DNA of 56,813 bases from Thermodesulfobacteriota bacterium (lineage in GTDB: Bacteria > Desulfobacterota > Desulfobacteria > Desulfobacterales > SURF-7). Under the pieces are notes generated by a model. The model had not been told where the DNA came from. It was given only the letters and a program-made list of their open reading frames with translations, and searched no databases. The stretch lies in assembly GCA_049320885.1 (NCBI GenBank), contig JBMORA010000053.1, positions 1 through 56,813 of the forward strand, written 5' to 3'. Every line of letters begins with the position of its first letter. Position 1 is the stretch's first letter. Positions 1 to 9,731 of this stretch are shown in pieces. The position numbers and the translations under genes are program-made.

Positions 1-285
1 CGATATGGAGTTGTGAGCACACGCTTCCAGTCTTCGAATCCTCAGGAATCCTGTATGGTTTGCGGACTTTGTATGCGTGCGTGCGAGGAAATCGTCGGGC
101 TTTCCGCCATTTCCATCATGGATCGGGGCGTGCATAAAAAAGTCGGTTCACCGTTTTTGCGTCCTTCGGAAATATGCGTGGCCTGTGGTAGTTGTGTCAC
201 GATCTGCCCCACCGGTGCCATGCGGGGCATTTTCGAACGGGTTCGTCCCCAACCGGCTCTGCCGCTCACACAGCTTGTGCTTTAG
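1..285 (+). CDS. 5'-partial Fe-S subunit (HoxU/NuoG-like, 2x[4Fe-4S] C-terminus)
   Basis: Frame open from base 1; CMVCGLCMRAC and CVACGSCVTICP ferredoxin motifs. Confidence 0.8.
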   Translation, partial: RYGVVSTRFQSSNPQESCMVCGLCMRACEEIVGLSAISIMDRGVHKKVGSPFLRPSEICVACGSCVTICPTGAMRGIFERVRPQPALPLTQLVL

Positions 286-305
286 GAAGAGTAAGGAGGT
301 TTATC

Positions 306-2735
306 ATGAGACAGAAAGCTACCGTAGGAGTTTTTATTTGCCGTTGTGGTGATAAGATTGCATCCAGGATCGATATTGAACAACTGGAATCCCGGGTTTC
401 ACGGGATGAAAATGTCGCCTATTGTGAAACCATGGCCTATCCCTGTCAGAGACCCGGTTTGGATCGGATAATGCAGGTCGTTGCCGAAAAAGGAGTCAAC
501 CGGCTGATTGTGGCCGGTTGCGAGAGCCGTCTGATGATGAAAAAATTTGAAAGCGTTCTGGAAAACCTGGAGCTGCATAAGGGGCAGATCGATATCATTA
601 ACCTGCGCGGTCATGTGGCCATGGTCAGTAATCTGACGCCGGAACTCAAGGCGGAGAAAGGCGCCAAACTGATTGTCGCGGCTGCCGCTGAAATGGCGGT
701 CATGGCTCCCAGTCTGCAGACCCTGGCCAAGGTAGAGGAGCCGGTTATGATAGTGGGGAAGGGAATTGCTTCCTTCATGGCCGCTCACGAACTGGCCAAG
801 AGCAAACGAAGATGCTTGGTTTCCGTGGAGACGGGAGATCCGGAAACCATTCTTGCCGGTCTCCACCTCCGTTATCCAGGAGAATATCAACACCATGAAC
901 GTCTTGGAAAAATCATTTCGGAAACCGTGAACAGTCCCTATGTGAAGTTGGTGACCCGGGGAGAACTTATCGGACTTTCCGGAATAACAGGTAATTATAC
1001 CCTGGGATTTTCCTCCGCGGAAGGCGTGGAGCCGGAGAAATATAATGCCGGTGCTGTGATCGCCTGCATGGACGCCGAATTGTCACCGCCGCCGGATGGG
1101 TTCGGTTATGATGGCAAAAAAGTCCTGTTCCAACCTGAGATGGAGGAGTGCATCCTGCGGAGCCATTTCCCCAAGGGTCAGATTGTATTCTGGATCAACG
1201 ACTACGAGGCAGGTTATCCCGAATTCGCCCAATTGTCCACCCGCAGCGCCTGGTCTTTAGCCAAAGCCATCCGGAACCAATCGGATAAACCGCGGATTAT
1301 TATCCTTTATAATGAACAGATGCCCATTCCACTTTCCGTCTCTGAAAGAACCATGAGCCGCAAACTCGGAATTTTATGGGTTCCTTTTGACAAAGCCGTG
1401 TATCCTACGCTACAGGACGGTTACATTTCCTTTTGTAACCTCAGCGACCATGTGGAACATGAAATTCCCTGGGATATGGTAGTCCTTTCTCCACGGCGTC
1501 GGCTCGGTGAAAATGAAAAACAGACTGCTCGGATCCTGGGACTGCTGCATAGGGAAGATCGGTTTTTGACCGGGCATCATGCCAGGGTTCGTCCGGATAT
1601 GGTGGGTCGGGAAGAGACCTATCTGGCGGGCAGTGCAAAATACCCCTGCGATCTCCACGAAACCATGAGACAGGGCCGCAAAGCCGGCAGAAAAACAGCG
1701 GAGATGCTTCAGAAATCCGACAATCATGAACTCTATCTGCCCCGTGTCGTTTGTGTGGTGGACACCGATCGCTGTGTGGGGTGCGGACAATGCCAGGAGC
1801 TCTGCGACTGCGGAGGCATCAGTGTCATGCAGGGAAGCGGTGGCGGTCTTCCCCGGGCAGTGGATCCAATGATCTGCATGGGGGGAGGCACCTGTGCGGC
1901 CGCTTGCCCATACAACGCCCTGACGCTTCAAAACAACACCACGGATCAACGGGAAGCCCGGGTAGCAGCTCTGGCAAGGCAGTTGCGTCCGGATGAGGTG
2001 ATGGCCCTGGCCTGCGCCTGGGGGGGATTGCCGGCTGCTGACAATGCCGCCAATCAAGGGCTTACATATGATCCGCGCATTCATATACTGGGTGTCCCCT
2101 GCGTCGGCCAGATCGACCCCAGTGTTTTGGCCAAGGCATTTCTGGCTGGCGCGCCGGGGTTGATGCTGATCGGTTGCCTGCCGGAAGAATGTCATCACTC
2201 CTTCGGGATCGACCATGCCTGGAGCAGGGTTAATTTCATGAAAAAACTGTTGACTCTCTGCGATATTGATCGGCGCCGCATCGCCCTGGCCCATGCTGAC
2301 CTGAACAAACCCGAGGAATTCATCCGCACGGCGGAAAGCTTTGTCCAGACCATTGCGGCACTTGGCCCGATCGAAAAGACACCGGAGATGATCAGCAAGC
2401 TCAAGAGTCTCTATTCAATGGCGAAGTATAATTCCAGGGTGCGATATCTGTTGTCAGCGGGGCTCCGCCGACCCTGGGAAAAGGAGTTTCGTGGTGATCA
2501 ACGCCACGGACTGGATTACGATCAAGACTTTTCCGCCGTATTGGCGGAGGAATATATGCAGACCCGGGTTTTGGAACTCCTGAGGATGGAACAGCGTCGT
2601 TTCAATCTCCAGGAGATTGCCGGTCGGCTCCATGAGGATGAGGAACAGCTGGGCGAGCGCTTATGGGAGATGGTGCACGAGGGACATATCAAAAGGAGTT
2701 ATAAGGACCATCAACCTTTGTTCGGTTTGAATTGA
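306..2735 (+). CDS. HdrA-like flavoprotein fused to ferredoxin and MvhD/FlpD domain, with C-terminal wHTH-like tail
   Basis: AAGGAGG RBS before ATG306; VGVFICRCG N-terminus, VAGC, CVGCGQCQELC, MvhD motifs LAC..VPCVGQI..GCLPEECHH. Confidence 0.8.
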   Translation: MRQKATVGVFICRCGDKIASRIDIEQLESRVSRDENVAYCETMAYPCQRPGLDRIMQVVAEKGVNRLIVAGCESRLMMKKFESVLENLELHKGQIDIINLRGHVAMVSNLTPELKAEKGAKLIVAAAAEMAVMAPSLQTLAKVEEPVMIVGKGIASFMAAHELAKSKRRCLVSVETGDPETILAGLHLRYPGEYQHHERLGKIISETVNSPYVKLVTRGELIGLSGITGNYTLGFSSAEGVEPEKYNAGAVIACMDAELSPPPDGFGYDGKKVLFQPEMEECILRSHFPKGQIVFWINDYEAGYPEFAQLSTRSAWSLAKAIRNQSDKPRIIILYNEQMPIPLSVSERTMSRKLGILWVPFDKAVYPTLQDGYISFCNLSDHVEHEIPWDMVVLSPRRRLGENEKQTARILGLLHREDRFLTGHHARVRPDMVGREETYLAGSAKYPCDLHETMRQGRKAGRKTAEMLQKSDNHELYLPRVVCVVDTDRCVGCGQCQELCDCGGISVMQGSGGGLPRAVDPMICMGGGTCAAACPYNALTLQNNTTDQREARVAALARQLRPDEVMALACAWGGLPAADNAANQGLTYDPRIHILGVPCVGQIDPSVLAKAFLAGAPGLMLIGCLPEECHHSFGIDHAWSRVNFMKKLLTLCDIDRRRIALAHADLNKPEEFIRTAESFVQTIAALGPIEKTPEMISKLKSLYSMAKYNSRVRYLLSAGLRRPWEKEFRGDQRHGLDYDQDFSAVLAEEYMQTRVLELLRMEQRRFNLQEIAGRLHEDEEQLGERLWEMVHEGHIKRSYKDHQPLFGLN

Positions 2736-2802
2736 GCCGAGAGGCGCCTGAAGGGTTGCCGCCAGCGGGTCGGGAACAATTCATCATGCCGGAAGGAGCT
2801 AA

Positions 2803-3180
2803 ATGAAGATTTTGCTGGCAACGTCGATGAGGGAGAGGTTTGCCGAACTATCGGCTTATCTGAAGCTGAACTACCCGGTGGAATTGTACTGGGCTGAATC
2901 CGGCGAGGAGGCCCTCCTGCTGGTGCAAGGCCACCAAATTGAGACGGTCATCGCCGATGAAACCCTGTCGGATATGACGGGACTGGTTTTTTTGGAGAAG
3001 CTGATCCGAATGAATCCATGGGTGAATTGTGCCGTTGTGAGCGCCCTGTCATCTGAAAATTTTCATGAAGCAACGGAAGGGCTGGGAATTTTGGCGCAAT
3101 TATCCCCCGATTTCAATCCCTGCCAGGTCAACGGGCTGATGGATCACCTGGCCCGTATCCAACAGTTACACCAGAAGTAA
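2803..3180 (+). CDS. Stand-alone response regulator receiver domain (atypical)
   Basis: MKILL..AESGEEAL..VIADETLSDMTGL pattern; AAGGAG RBS. Confidence 0.75.
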   Translation: MKILLATSMRERFAELSAYLKLNYPVELYWAESGEEALLLVQGHQIETVIADETLSDMTGLVFLEKLIRMNPWVNCAVVSALSSENFHEATEGLGILAQLSPDFNPCQVNGLMDHLARIQQLHQK

Positions 3181-3200
3181 ATGCACGGGTAAGATTCCCC

Positions 3201-3229
3201 TTGACATCCGATTTTGCCAGCCCTATTAT
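3201..3229 (+). promoter_or_regulatory. sigma70-type promoter of the Orp-like cluster
   Basis: TTGACA-17 nt-TATTAT. Confidence 0.75.
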
Positions 3230-3254
3230 GAGCATACGCTCATAATAGGGCTGG
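3217..3254. promoter_or_regulatory. Perfect 17-bp inverted repeat overlapping the -10 box (probable operator)
   Basis: CCAGCCCTATTATGAGC-ATAC-GCTCATAATAGGGCTGG. Confidence 0.75.
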
Positions 3255-3340
3255 GGATATTGTTGCGCGATGGATCGAAGAACAAAAAAAAAGAAAGGCG
3301 GAATCGCAAGCCAACCGGCGGGCGGTTCCGGAATTGGAAC

Positions 3341-4195
3341 ATGATCATCAGTGTGGCCAGCGGCAAAGGGGGGACGGGAAAAACGACAGTGGCGGTGAAT
3401 TTGGCGTTTTCATTGGAATCGGAGGTTCAGGTTCTGGATTGCGATGTGGAGGAACCCAACGCGCACCTGTTTATCCGTCCGGAAATCCGAGAAACCAGAA
3501 CGGTATATACTTCCATTCCGGAAGTGGATCTGGAAAAATGCACCTACTGCAAAAAATGTGCGGAAATCTGCCGGTACAGGGCGATCATCGTGGTGGCGAA
3601 AACGGTTTTGACGTTTCCGGAACTCTGCCACAGCTGCGGCGGCTGCGTGGTGGTCTGCCCGGAAAAGGCTGTTTCGGAAAAGGGCCGTGAGCTCGGCGTC
3701 ATTCAGCGGGGCGGAAGGAATGGACTGGATTTCGTCACTGGAAGGCTCCGGATCGGCGAGGCCATGTCGCCGCCCTTGATCCGTCAGGTGCGGGCCTGTG
3801 TTCGGAACGAAGGCCTGACCATCGTCGATGCGCCGCCGGGAACTTCCTGCCCGGTGATCGCCGCGGTTAAGGAAACGGATTTCGTGCTGATGGTCACCGA
3901 GCCGACTCCGTTCGGGCTTCATGATCTTCGTCTGGCGGTGGAGGCGGTGAAGCTCCTCGGCATTCCGGCCGGATTGGTGATCAACCGGTGCGACATGGGC
4001 GATGACGAAGTCAAGGAATACGCCCGGCGGGAAGGTCTGCCCGTGCTCATGGAAATCCCTTTTCAGCGTCGGATCGCCGAAGCCTATTCGGTGGGGAAAC
4101 TCCTGATTGAGGAATTGCCGGAGTATAAGCAATCATTCCAGAGACTTATGTCCGAAATCCGGGAGATCATCGACAGGGAGAGGGGGCAGGCATGA
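3341..4195 (+). CDS. MinD-superfamily P-loop ATPase with inserted ferredoxin (COG1149)
   Basis: SGKGGTGKTT, DCDVEEPN, two CxxCxxCxxxC motifs, DAPPGTSCP. Confidence 0.92.
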   Translation: MIISVASGKGGTGKTTVAVNLAFSLESEVQVLDCDVEEPNAHLFIRPEIRETRTVYTSIPEVDLEKCTYCKKCAEICRYRAIIVVAKTVLTFPELCHSCGGCVVVCPEKAVSEKGRELGVIQRGGRNGLDFVTGRLRIGEAMSPPLIRQVRACVRNEGLTIVDAPPGTSCPVIAAVKETDFVLMVTEPTPFGLHDLRLAVEAVKLLGIPAGLVINRCDMGDDEVKEYARREGLPVLMEIPFQRRIAEAYSVGKLLIEELPEYKQSFQRLMSEIREIIDRERGQA

Positions 4196-5064
4196 AGGAA
4201 CTGGTGGTCATCAGCGGCAAGGGGGGGACTGGAAAGACCAGTATCACGGCGGCCTTTGCAGCCCTGACGGACAATGCCGTGCTGTGCGACGCCGATGTGG
4301 ACGCGGCGGACCTTCACCTGCTCATGGCTCCGGAAATCCTTAGCCGTCAGGATTTCCTGGGCGGCGGGGAGGCGGTTATCCGGCCTGAACTATGCACGCA
4401 ATGCGGCCTGTGCAGGGAATTATGCCGCTTCAACGCGGTCAGACCCGATTTCCGGATCGACCCCATCGCCTGCGAAGGCTGTGGTGTCTGCGTGGATTTG
4501 TGTCCGGTAAAGGCCATTGATTTTCCAACCAAAACATGCGGCCAATGGTATATTTCGAAAACCCGTTTCGGCTCCATGGTCCATGCCCGGTTGGGGATTG
4601 CCGAGGAGAATTCCGGCAAACTGGTTACCCTGGTGCGCAAAGAGGCCAGGAGAGTAGCGGAAGACGATCAGCGCGGATTGATTCTGACGGATGGGCCTCC
4701 GGGCGTGGGGTGTCCGGTGATCGCATCCATCGGCGGCGCCACGGCCATTCTGATCGTCACCGAGCCGACGCTTTCCGGTTTGCATGACATGGAACGGGTG
4801 GCGGATTTGGCGGCTCACTTCAAGGTTCCCGGAATGGTGTGCGTGAACAAATTCGACCTGAACCCGGAGCAGACCCGGCGGATCGAAACCCTCACTATAA
4901 AGAAGAACATGACGTTTCTGGGGAGAATTCCGTTTGACGCCGTCTTCACGAAGGCCATGATTCAAGGAAAAACCCTGGTGGAATTTCAGCCGTCCTCAGT
5001 GGCCGCTGCATCCATAGCGGAAATCTGGGAGGGCGTTAAACGCACTCTGGGGAATCATCAATGA
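4192..5064 (+). CDS. Second MinD-superfamily P-loop ATPase with inserted ferredoxin (COG1149)
   Basis: SGKGGTGKTS, DADVDAADL, ENSGKLV, DGPPGVGCP; ATGA overlap with previous gene. Confidence 0.92.
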   Translation: MKELVVISGKGGTGKTSITAAFAALTDNAVLCDADVDAADLHLLMAPEILSRQDFLGGGEAVIRPELCTQCGLCRELCRFNAVRPDFRIDPIACEGCGVCVDLCPVKAIDFPTKTCGQWYISKTRFGSMVHARLGIAEENSGKLVTLVRKEARRVAEDDQRGLILTDGPPGVGCPVIASIGGATAILIVTEPTLSGLHDMERVADLAAHFKVPGMVCVNKFDLNPEQTRRIETLTIKKNMTFLGRIPFDAVFTKAMIQGKTLVEFQPSSVAAASIAEIWEGVKRTLGNHQ

Positions 5065-5101
5065 TATGCAAGGATCATTTAACAGCAAGGAGAATGGAAC
5101 A

Positions 5102-5482
5102 ATGGAAAATGGAAGAATCGCTATCCCATCCGTGGATAAGGGTGGTCTGGATGGGGAACGCTCCGGTCATTTCGGTCACTGCGAAGTATTCACCCTGGTG
5201 GATGTGGAAGCCGGCAACATCAAGGAGGTCAGCACCATTCCCAACCAGGAGCATGTCCAGGGCGGATGCATGGTGCCCGTCAATCTGCTGGCAAGACACC
5301 GGGTCAATGCGCTGATTGTCGGCGGTATCGGCATGCGGCCCCTCATGGGATTCCGCCAGGCCGGTATCGAGGTGTATTATGACGCCACCCGGCCCCAGAT
5401 CAAACCGGTGGTCGAGGACCTCATCGCCGGCAGACTGCCCATGATTTCCGATGATCAGGTATGCGGGGGCGGCAGGGGATAG
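5102..5482 (+). CDS. NifB/NifX-family Fe-Mo cofactor-binding protein
   Basis: RIAIPS..SGHFGHC..F..GGIGMRP. Confidence 0.88.
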   Translation: MENGRIAIPSVDKGGLDGERSGHFGHCEVFTLVDVEAGNIKEVSTIPNQEHVQGGCMVPVNLLARHRVNALIVGGIGMRPLMGFRQAGIEVYYDATRPQIKPVVEDLIAGRLPMISDDQVCGGGRG

Positions 5483-5545
5483 GGTGCGAAAACTGGAAAT
5501 GATGTTGACGGCTTGGTGCGAATGGGCCATCAGGAGGACGGTATT

Positions 5546-5905
5546 ATGAAAATCGCGGTCACATCAAAGGGGAAAGATCTGGATGCCGAGGTGGATCCCC
5601 GTTTCGGACGGGCTGCCTATATTCTCATTGTCGATTCCGAGTCCCTGGAATTCAAGGTGCTGGACAACAGCCAGAATGTCAATGCCTTCAAAGGCGCGGG
5701 GATTCAGGCTGCCGCCATGGTCAGCGAGAGCGGCGCCGAGGCTCTGCTGACCGGTTTTTGCGGCCCCAATGCCTTTCGAACCCTGAATGCCGCCAATATC
5801 AAGGTGGCCAACGATGTCGGCGGTAAGGTGCGGGAGGTGGTGGCGGACTGGAATGCCGGAAAGATCAGTTTTTCCAGTCAGCCCAATGTGGAAGGACATT
5901 GGTGA
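5546..5905 (+). CDS. NifB/NifX-family protein (Orange-protein-like)
   Basis: MKIAVTS..VDPRFGRA..GAGIQAA..GPNAF; AGGAGG RBS. Confidence 0.88.
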   Translation: MKIAVTSKGKDLDAEVDPRFGRAAYILIVDSESLEFKVLDNSQNVNAFKGAGIQAAAMVSESGAEALLTGFCGPNAFRTLNAANIKVANDVGGKVREVVADWNAGKISFSSQPNVEGHW

Positions 5906-5917
5906 AAAGAAGTTGAA

Positions 5918-5938
5918 ATTTCAGATTTCAGATTTCAG
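5918..5938. repeat. Heptamer tandem repeat (ATTTCAG)x3
   Basis: Read directly; a further ATTTCAG at ~5960. Confidence 0.8.
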
Positions 5939-5977
5939 GTTTGAAATGGAACGTATCCGATTTCAGAGTCGGGAAAC

Positions 5978-6289
5978 GTGGAGATTCGACTGACGCTTCA
6001 GGATCATTGCATCCAGACCGAAGCCCGGAAAGCTTATGAGCGGCTGGTGGGGGAGTATTTCCGGAAAACGGGACCGGGAGGGAATAAGACGGTTCTGGAA
6101 GCGGAAATCGATGCATTGAAACGATTCCTGGAATATGCCGATTTCGCCTTTCTCCGTAGCCATTATCCGGAATTGAGCGGCGGAAAGCCAATCAGTGTTA
6201 CCTTGGATATCCCGGAAACCATTTCGGCAGGCTGCATCGGTTTCGGGGAAACGATAATTCAACTTGATCGAACGAAAGAGAAGCGCTAA
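5978..6289 (+). CDS. Hypothetical protein
   Basis: Fills the gap in a co-directional operon; no recognised motif. Confidence 0.55.
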   Translation: MEIRLTLQDHCIQTEARKAYERLVGEYFRKTGPGGNKTVLEAEIDALKRFLEYADFAFLRSHYPELSGGKPISVTLDIPETISAGCIGFGETIIQLDRTKEKR

Positions 6290-6302
6290 GGAAGGAAGCG
6301 TG

Positions 6303-6668
6303 ATGGAAAAGATACTCATTATTGGCTGTAAACGCGCAATGGATGCTGTCTGTATCGCCTGCTCCAGGTGTTTGGTGGGCTTCAATCGCAAAGAAGGCGA
6401 ATTCAGCCGCTACAAGGATCAGGAAGTTCAACTTTTGGGGTTGTTGAGCTGCGGAGATTGCCCCGGGGCCGCCATCGTGACGCGGATGGCCCAGGTGAAT
6501 CTCTGGAACAAACCCATGAACGAGAAGATCAACCGGGTGCATATCGCACCCTGCATCATGGATCATTGCCCCCACAAGGATACCCTGGTGAAAAAGATCA
6601 AAGCCAAAGCCGGCGTGGAGGTTGTCGAGGGCACGCATCCGTACAAGCCCGAAAACATCTTTGCGTGA
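6303..6668 (+). CDS. CGGC-domain metal-binding protein
   Basis: IIGC..CIACSRC..LSCGDCPG..IHIAPC-like..CP..GTH. Confidence 0.85.
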   Translation: MEKILIIGCKRAMDAVCIACSRCLVGFNRKEGEFSRYKDQEVQLLGLLSCGDCPGAAIVTRMAQVNLWNKPMNEKINRVHIAPCIMDHCPHKDTLVKKIKAKAGVEVVEGTHPYKPENIFA

Positions 6669-6681
6669 AGGAGATACAGTA

Positions 6682-6930
6682 ATGCCCATTTATGAATATG
6701 TGTGCCTGGATTGCAGCAAGACCAGCGAGGTGGTTATCATCGGCTCCGGTGACCAGGCCAGATGCACCCATTGCGGAAGCAACAACCTGAAAAAACTGCT
6801 TTCGGCCCACGCCGCCATGTCCGGAAGCGCCAGATCGGGACTGCCCGGACCGGGGGATACGGCTTGCTGCGGGTCTACTCCCGGCCACGCCGGCTGCGCC
6901 GGACCCGGCAGCTGTTGCGGCAAGGGATAG
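6682..6930 (+). CDS. FmdB-family zinc-ribbon protein with Cys-rich tail
   Basis: MPIYEYVCLDC..CTHCGS..LLS; AAGGAG RBS. Confidence 0.88.
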   Translation: MPIYEYVCLDCSKTSEVVIIGSGDQARCTHCGSNNLKKLLSAHAAMSGSARSGLPGPGDTACCGSTPGHAGCAGPGSCCGKG

Positions 6931-6985
6931 GCGTGGGCCGAATGCCGCGGCGCCGATCATAATGGAAAAGGGGTGGCTTTTTTGA

Positions 6986-7426
6986 ATGGATAGCAAGGGA
7001 ACAGAACCCAACACAATCAATTTCTGGCAGGATCATTCCCTGCATTATCTGGAAATGGCCTTCCGCACGGACAGACACGAACGCATCGAGAATCCGGACG
7101 GATATGGAAAACGAACCGGAGACTGCGGCGATACCATTGAAATGTTCCTGAAGGTGCAACACAATCGTATTCAGGCCATCGGTTTTCGTGTCGAAGGCTG
7201 CATGAACACCAATGCCTGCTCCAACACCGTGGCCCATCTGGCGGAAGGGAAGACCATCGAAGAGGCCTGGGAAATCAGCCCGGAAACCGTCGTGGAATAT
7301 CTGGAGACATTACCGCCCAATGAAATCCACTGCGCGGAGCTGGCGGTGGGCGCTTTTTATCTGGCGCTTGCGGATTGCCGCGAGAACCTGAAAGCGCCCT
7401 GGAAAAAGGCGTACAAGAGACAGTAG
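6986..7426 (+). CDS. IscU/NifU-like Fe-S scaffold protein
   Basis: GDCGDTIEM..GC..NAC..HCAELAV. Confidence 0.88.
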   Translation: MDSKGTEPNTINFWQDHSLHYLEMAFRTDRHERIENPDGYGKRTGDCGDTIEMFLKVQHNRIQAIGFRVEGCMNTNACSNTVAHLAEGKTIEEAWEISPETVVEYLETLPPNEIHCAELAVGAFYLALADCRENLKAPWKKAYKRQ

Positions 7427-7427
7427 C

Positions 7428-8900
7428 TCAGAAATACCAGGTGGCCCCTGCGGTGATATCGCCCAGGGGATTCAGGGACCCGTATTCGGATTCCCGGGAG
7501 CCGATAAACAGATTGCTGCTCAGGTTCAGGGTCAGGTCCTTGCGGATATGGTATTCCGCCTTGGGCTGAACGAAAAAACTGCCGTCCGACGGGTTGATCC
7601 GGGCCATGGCGGTGAGATCCAGCGAAACGGTGAGCGCGTCCTGCCACTGCGTTCTGAGGAAGAGCGAATGCCGGCTGAGGGGTTCCTGGGCTTCCAGCGA
7701 CCATTTTCGCGGTGTCCACAGCAGTCCCAGGATGCCGTCCGCCAAATCCCTGGTTGCTGGATGCTGTAACAGCAGTTCGGCCGTATTCCCGGTTTCGAAC
7801 CATTCGACCCAATCCTCATGTGAAAATCCGGCCTCGTTGAAATGGTATTCCACGTGAGTGGTGCGGTTGATCTGTTCCGTATAGGAGAATCCCACGGCCA
7901 GTTGATTGCGGAAATGCGTTTCCGTATCGACGTAGGATGTCCATGCGGCGGGAGGAATGGCCCCGGATTCAACGGCCTCCGCAAGCGATTGCGCGGCGAT
8001 GTCGGGCCGGTTGCTGCCGCTCCATTCCACGTATACGATGACGTCATTGCCGAGTCCTTTGGTGAGACCGGCGCCGAAATTCGAACGATCCTCCTCGAGA
8101 TAATACAGCAATTCGGGATTGAAATCCGGCAAGAGGTTCAGGCTGATTTTGGTCAGGAAGCGGGAATGGCTGTTGGTCCGTTCCATTCGCAGGCCGCAGC
8201 TGCCGGCGTCCGTCCACCACTGGCCGGAATCCTGGTTCACTTCCGGCGCCAGCGCCAGGGCGACGGCACCTTGGTCCCAGATTCCCTGGGCGCGGACCAT
8301 CAGGGCTCCCAACCGGTTTTCCCTCAACACACTGGGATCCTCGGAGACCCGGAGACTGACGGCGTTTTTCTTGAAGTAGTCCGTTGGATTGAATCCCAGC
8401 GCCACGCCGTTTTTGAAATTGATCCTGCCGATATCCAGATACAGGAAGCTGTAAGAATTGGCGGTGGCATAGAGTTCCTTCAGGTCATTCTGGAGCCTTC
8501 CCCCGGCCAGTTCCGGATCATCGTTGAGCAGGTGGTTCAGGCGATCGGCCACCACCAGCGACAGATTCGACGATACCGACATTTCCGCCCGTAAATCCAG
8601 GCTCAGGCGGTTGTCCCAGGAGGGAACCTCACCGGATGGGAGCGGAACCGCCAGGTCGTCGCGTTTGATGTTCACGGACGCGGCTTCGTCCAGATAGAGT
8701 TTGTACCGGTAATATTCCGGCGCGACGGTAACGGATTCCTCCGGGGATTGGGAGAGCACATTGTCCGGAATCAGCTCCAGATCCTCATCCTGCTCTGCCC
8801 GCAAGGCGGTTGCGGCGCAGAGAAGCAAGCAAAGAGTCAGCGCACATCCGAGCGGCGGAAATGCCTTCCGGAATCCCAAGATTCCCCGGATCAGCTTCAT
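7428..8900 (-). CDS. Putative outer-membrane beta-barrel protein
   Basis: Signal peptide, amphipathic strands, C-terminal WYF; last gene of the ABC/LolA-like operon. Confidence 0.7.
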   Translation of the reverse strand: MKLIRGILGFRKAFPPLGCALTLCLLLCAATALRAEQDEDLELIPDNVLSQSPEESVTVAPEYYRYKLYLDEAASVNIKRDDLAVPLPSGEVPSWDNRLSLDLRAEMSVSSNLSLVVADRLNHLLNDDPELAGGRLQNDLKELYATANSYSFLYLDIGRINFKNGVALGFNPTDYFKKNAVSLRVSEDPSVLRENRLGALMVRAQGIWDQGAVALALAPEVNQDSGQWWTDAGSCGLRMERTNSHSRFLTKISLNLLPDFNPELLYYLEEDRSNFGAGLTKGLGNDVIVYVEWSGSNRPDIAAQSLAEAVESGAIPPAAWTSYVDTETHFRNQLAVGFSYTEQINRTTHVEYHFNEAGFSHEDWVEWFETGNTAELLLQHPATRDLADGILGLLWTPRKWSLEAQEPLSRHSLFLRTQWQDALTVSLDLTAMARINPSDGSFFVQPKAEYHIRKDLTLNLSSNLFIGSRESEYGSLNPLGDITAGATWYF

Positions 8901-9673
8901 TCCCCCTTGAACCTCGGCAGGTATTCTTTCTGAAACCAGTCTTCGGGGATGTCATGAAAACGGTAGTCGCTGTAGTTCATCTTCGTGACCAATTTATTGT
9001 CCACGCCGTCGATGATGATGACCTCGGTGGGGCGTATCTTACCTAGTTGCTCCTGATACCCCCGGTAGTAGGCGATTTTGAGCAGCCGGTCGCTTTCGGA
9101 GTAGAACTTGCCTTTCACGGGCTGGTAGTTCCCGGTATCCACCCAATATTCGATACGGAAATAGGTCACGGCGTCGTTGAGCGCTTCCATCCGGAGTTTA
9201 TGACATCTGCGCTGTTTCCTGTCCGCATCGGTGATGATCTCCTCGCCTTCTTTTCCCGCACGGTAGTCTTTATGAAAATTGACGGTGACCACGTCGCCGT
9301 TGGAGGCCTGACCCATCAGGCGCTGCTGGGGGGACATACGGACGCTGGATTTGGAGGCAGGATCGTAAAACCACAGGATGTTTCCGTTCTTGAGCATGAG
9401 CTTGTTTTCGTCCCTGGGAGGCTCCCGGAAACGGATCAGGCTGCGGTATTGACCGCTATTCGGATCTTCCTTGGAATAGACGGTCAAAAGCATTTTGTCC
9501 CGCGGGCGGCCTTCCCGGTATTCCAGGAGAGACACCGTTAAACGGAACGGTTTCCCGGGATTGCGGACCGCATCCGCGGCCGCCACGATTTCATCCGCGG
9601 TTTCGGCGGACCCGCCTACGGCGGCAGCCGGGGACAGAACGCTCAGCATTATCAGCAGCAGCAACCGTTTCAA
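8897..9673 (-). CDS. Outer-membrane lipoprotein-sorting (LolA-like) protein
   Basis: Probable TTG start after GAGG; signal peptide; F..PPRD..K.ML..QRLMG..SNGD; YYRGY. Confidence 0.8.
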   Translation of the reverse strand: MKRLLLLIMLSVLSPAAAVGGSAETADEIVAAADAVRNPGKPFRLTVSLLEYREGRPRDKMLLTVYSKEDPNSGQYRSLIRFREPPRDENKLMLKNGNILWFYDPASKSSVRMSPQQRLMGQASNGDVVTVNFHKDYRAGKEGEEIITDADRKQRRCHKLRMEALNDAVTYFRIEYWVDTGNYQPVKGKFYSESDRLLKIAYYRGYQEQLGKIRPTEVIIIDGVDNKLVTKMNYSDYRFHDIPEDWFQKEYLPRFKGE

Positions 9674-9731
9674 ATATTCCTCCCGTGATGAGGTGGGCCG
9701 ACAGCCATGCAACCGGCCGACCGCGTTTTGA

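Noticed and set aside
192..305. Longer start for the HdrA-like ORF
   Set aside because: Overlaps the upstream gene; RBS and family N-terminus support ATG306
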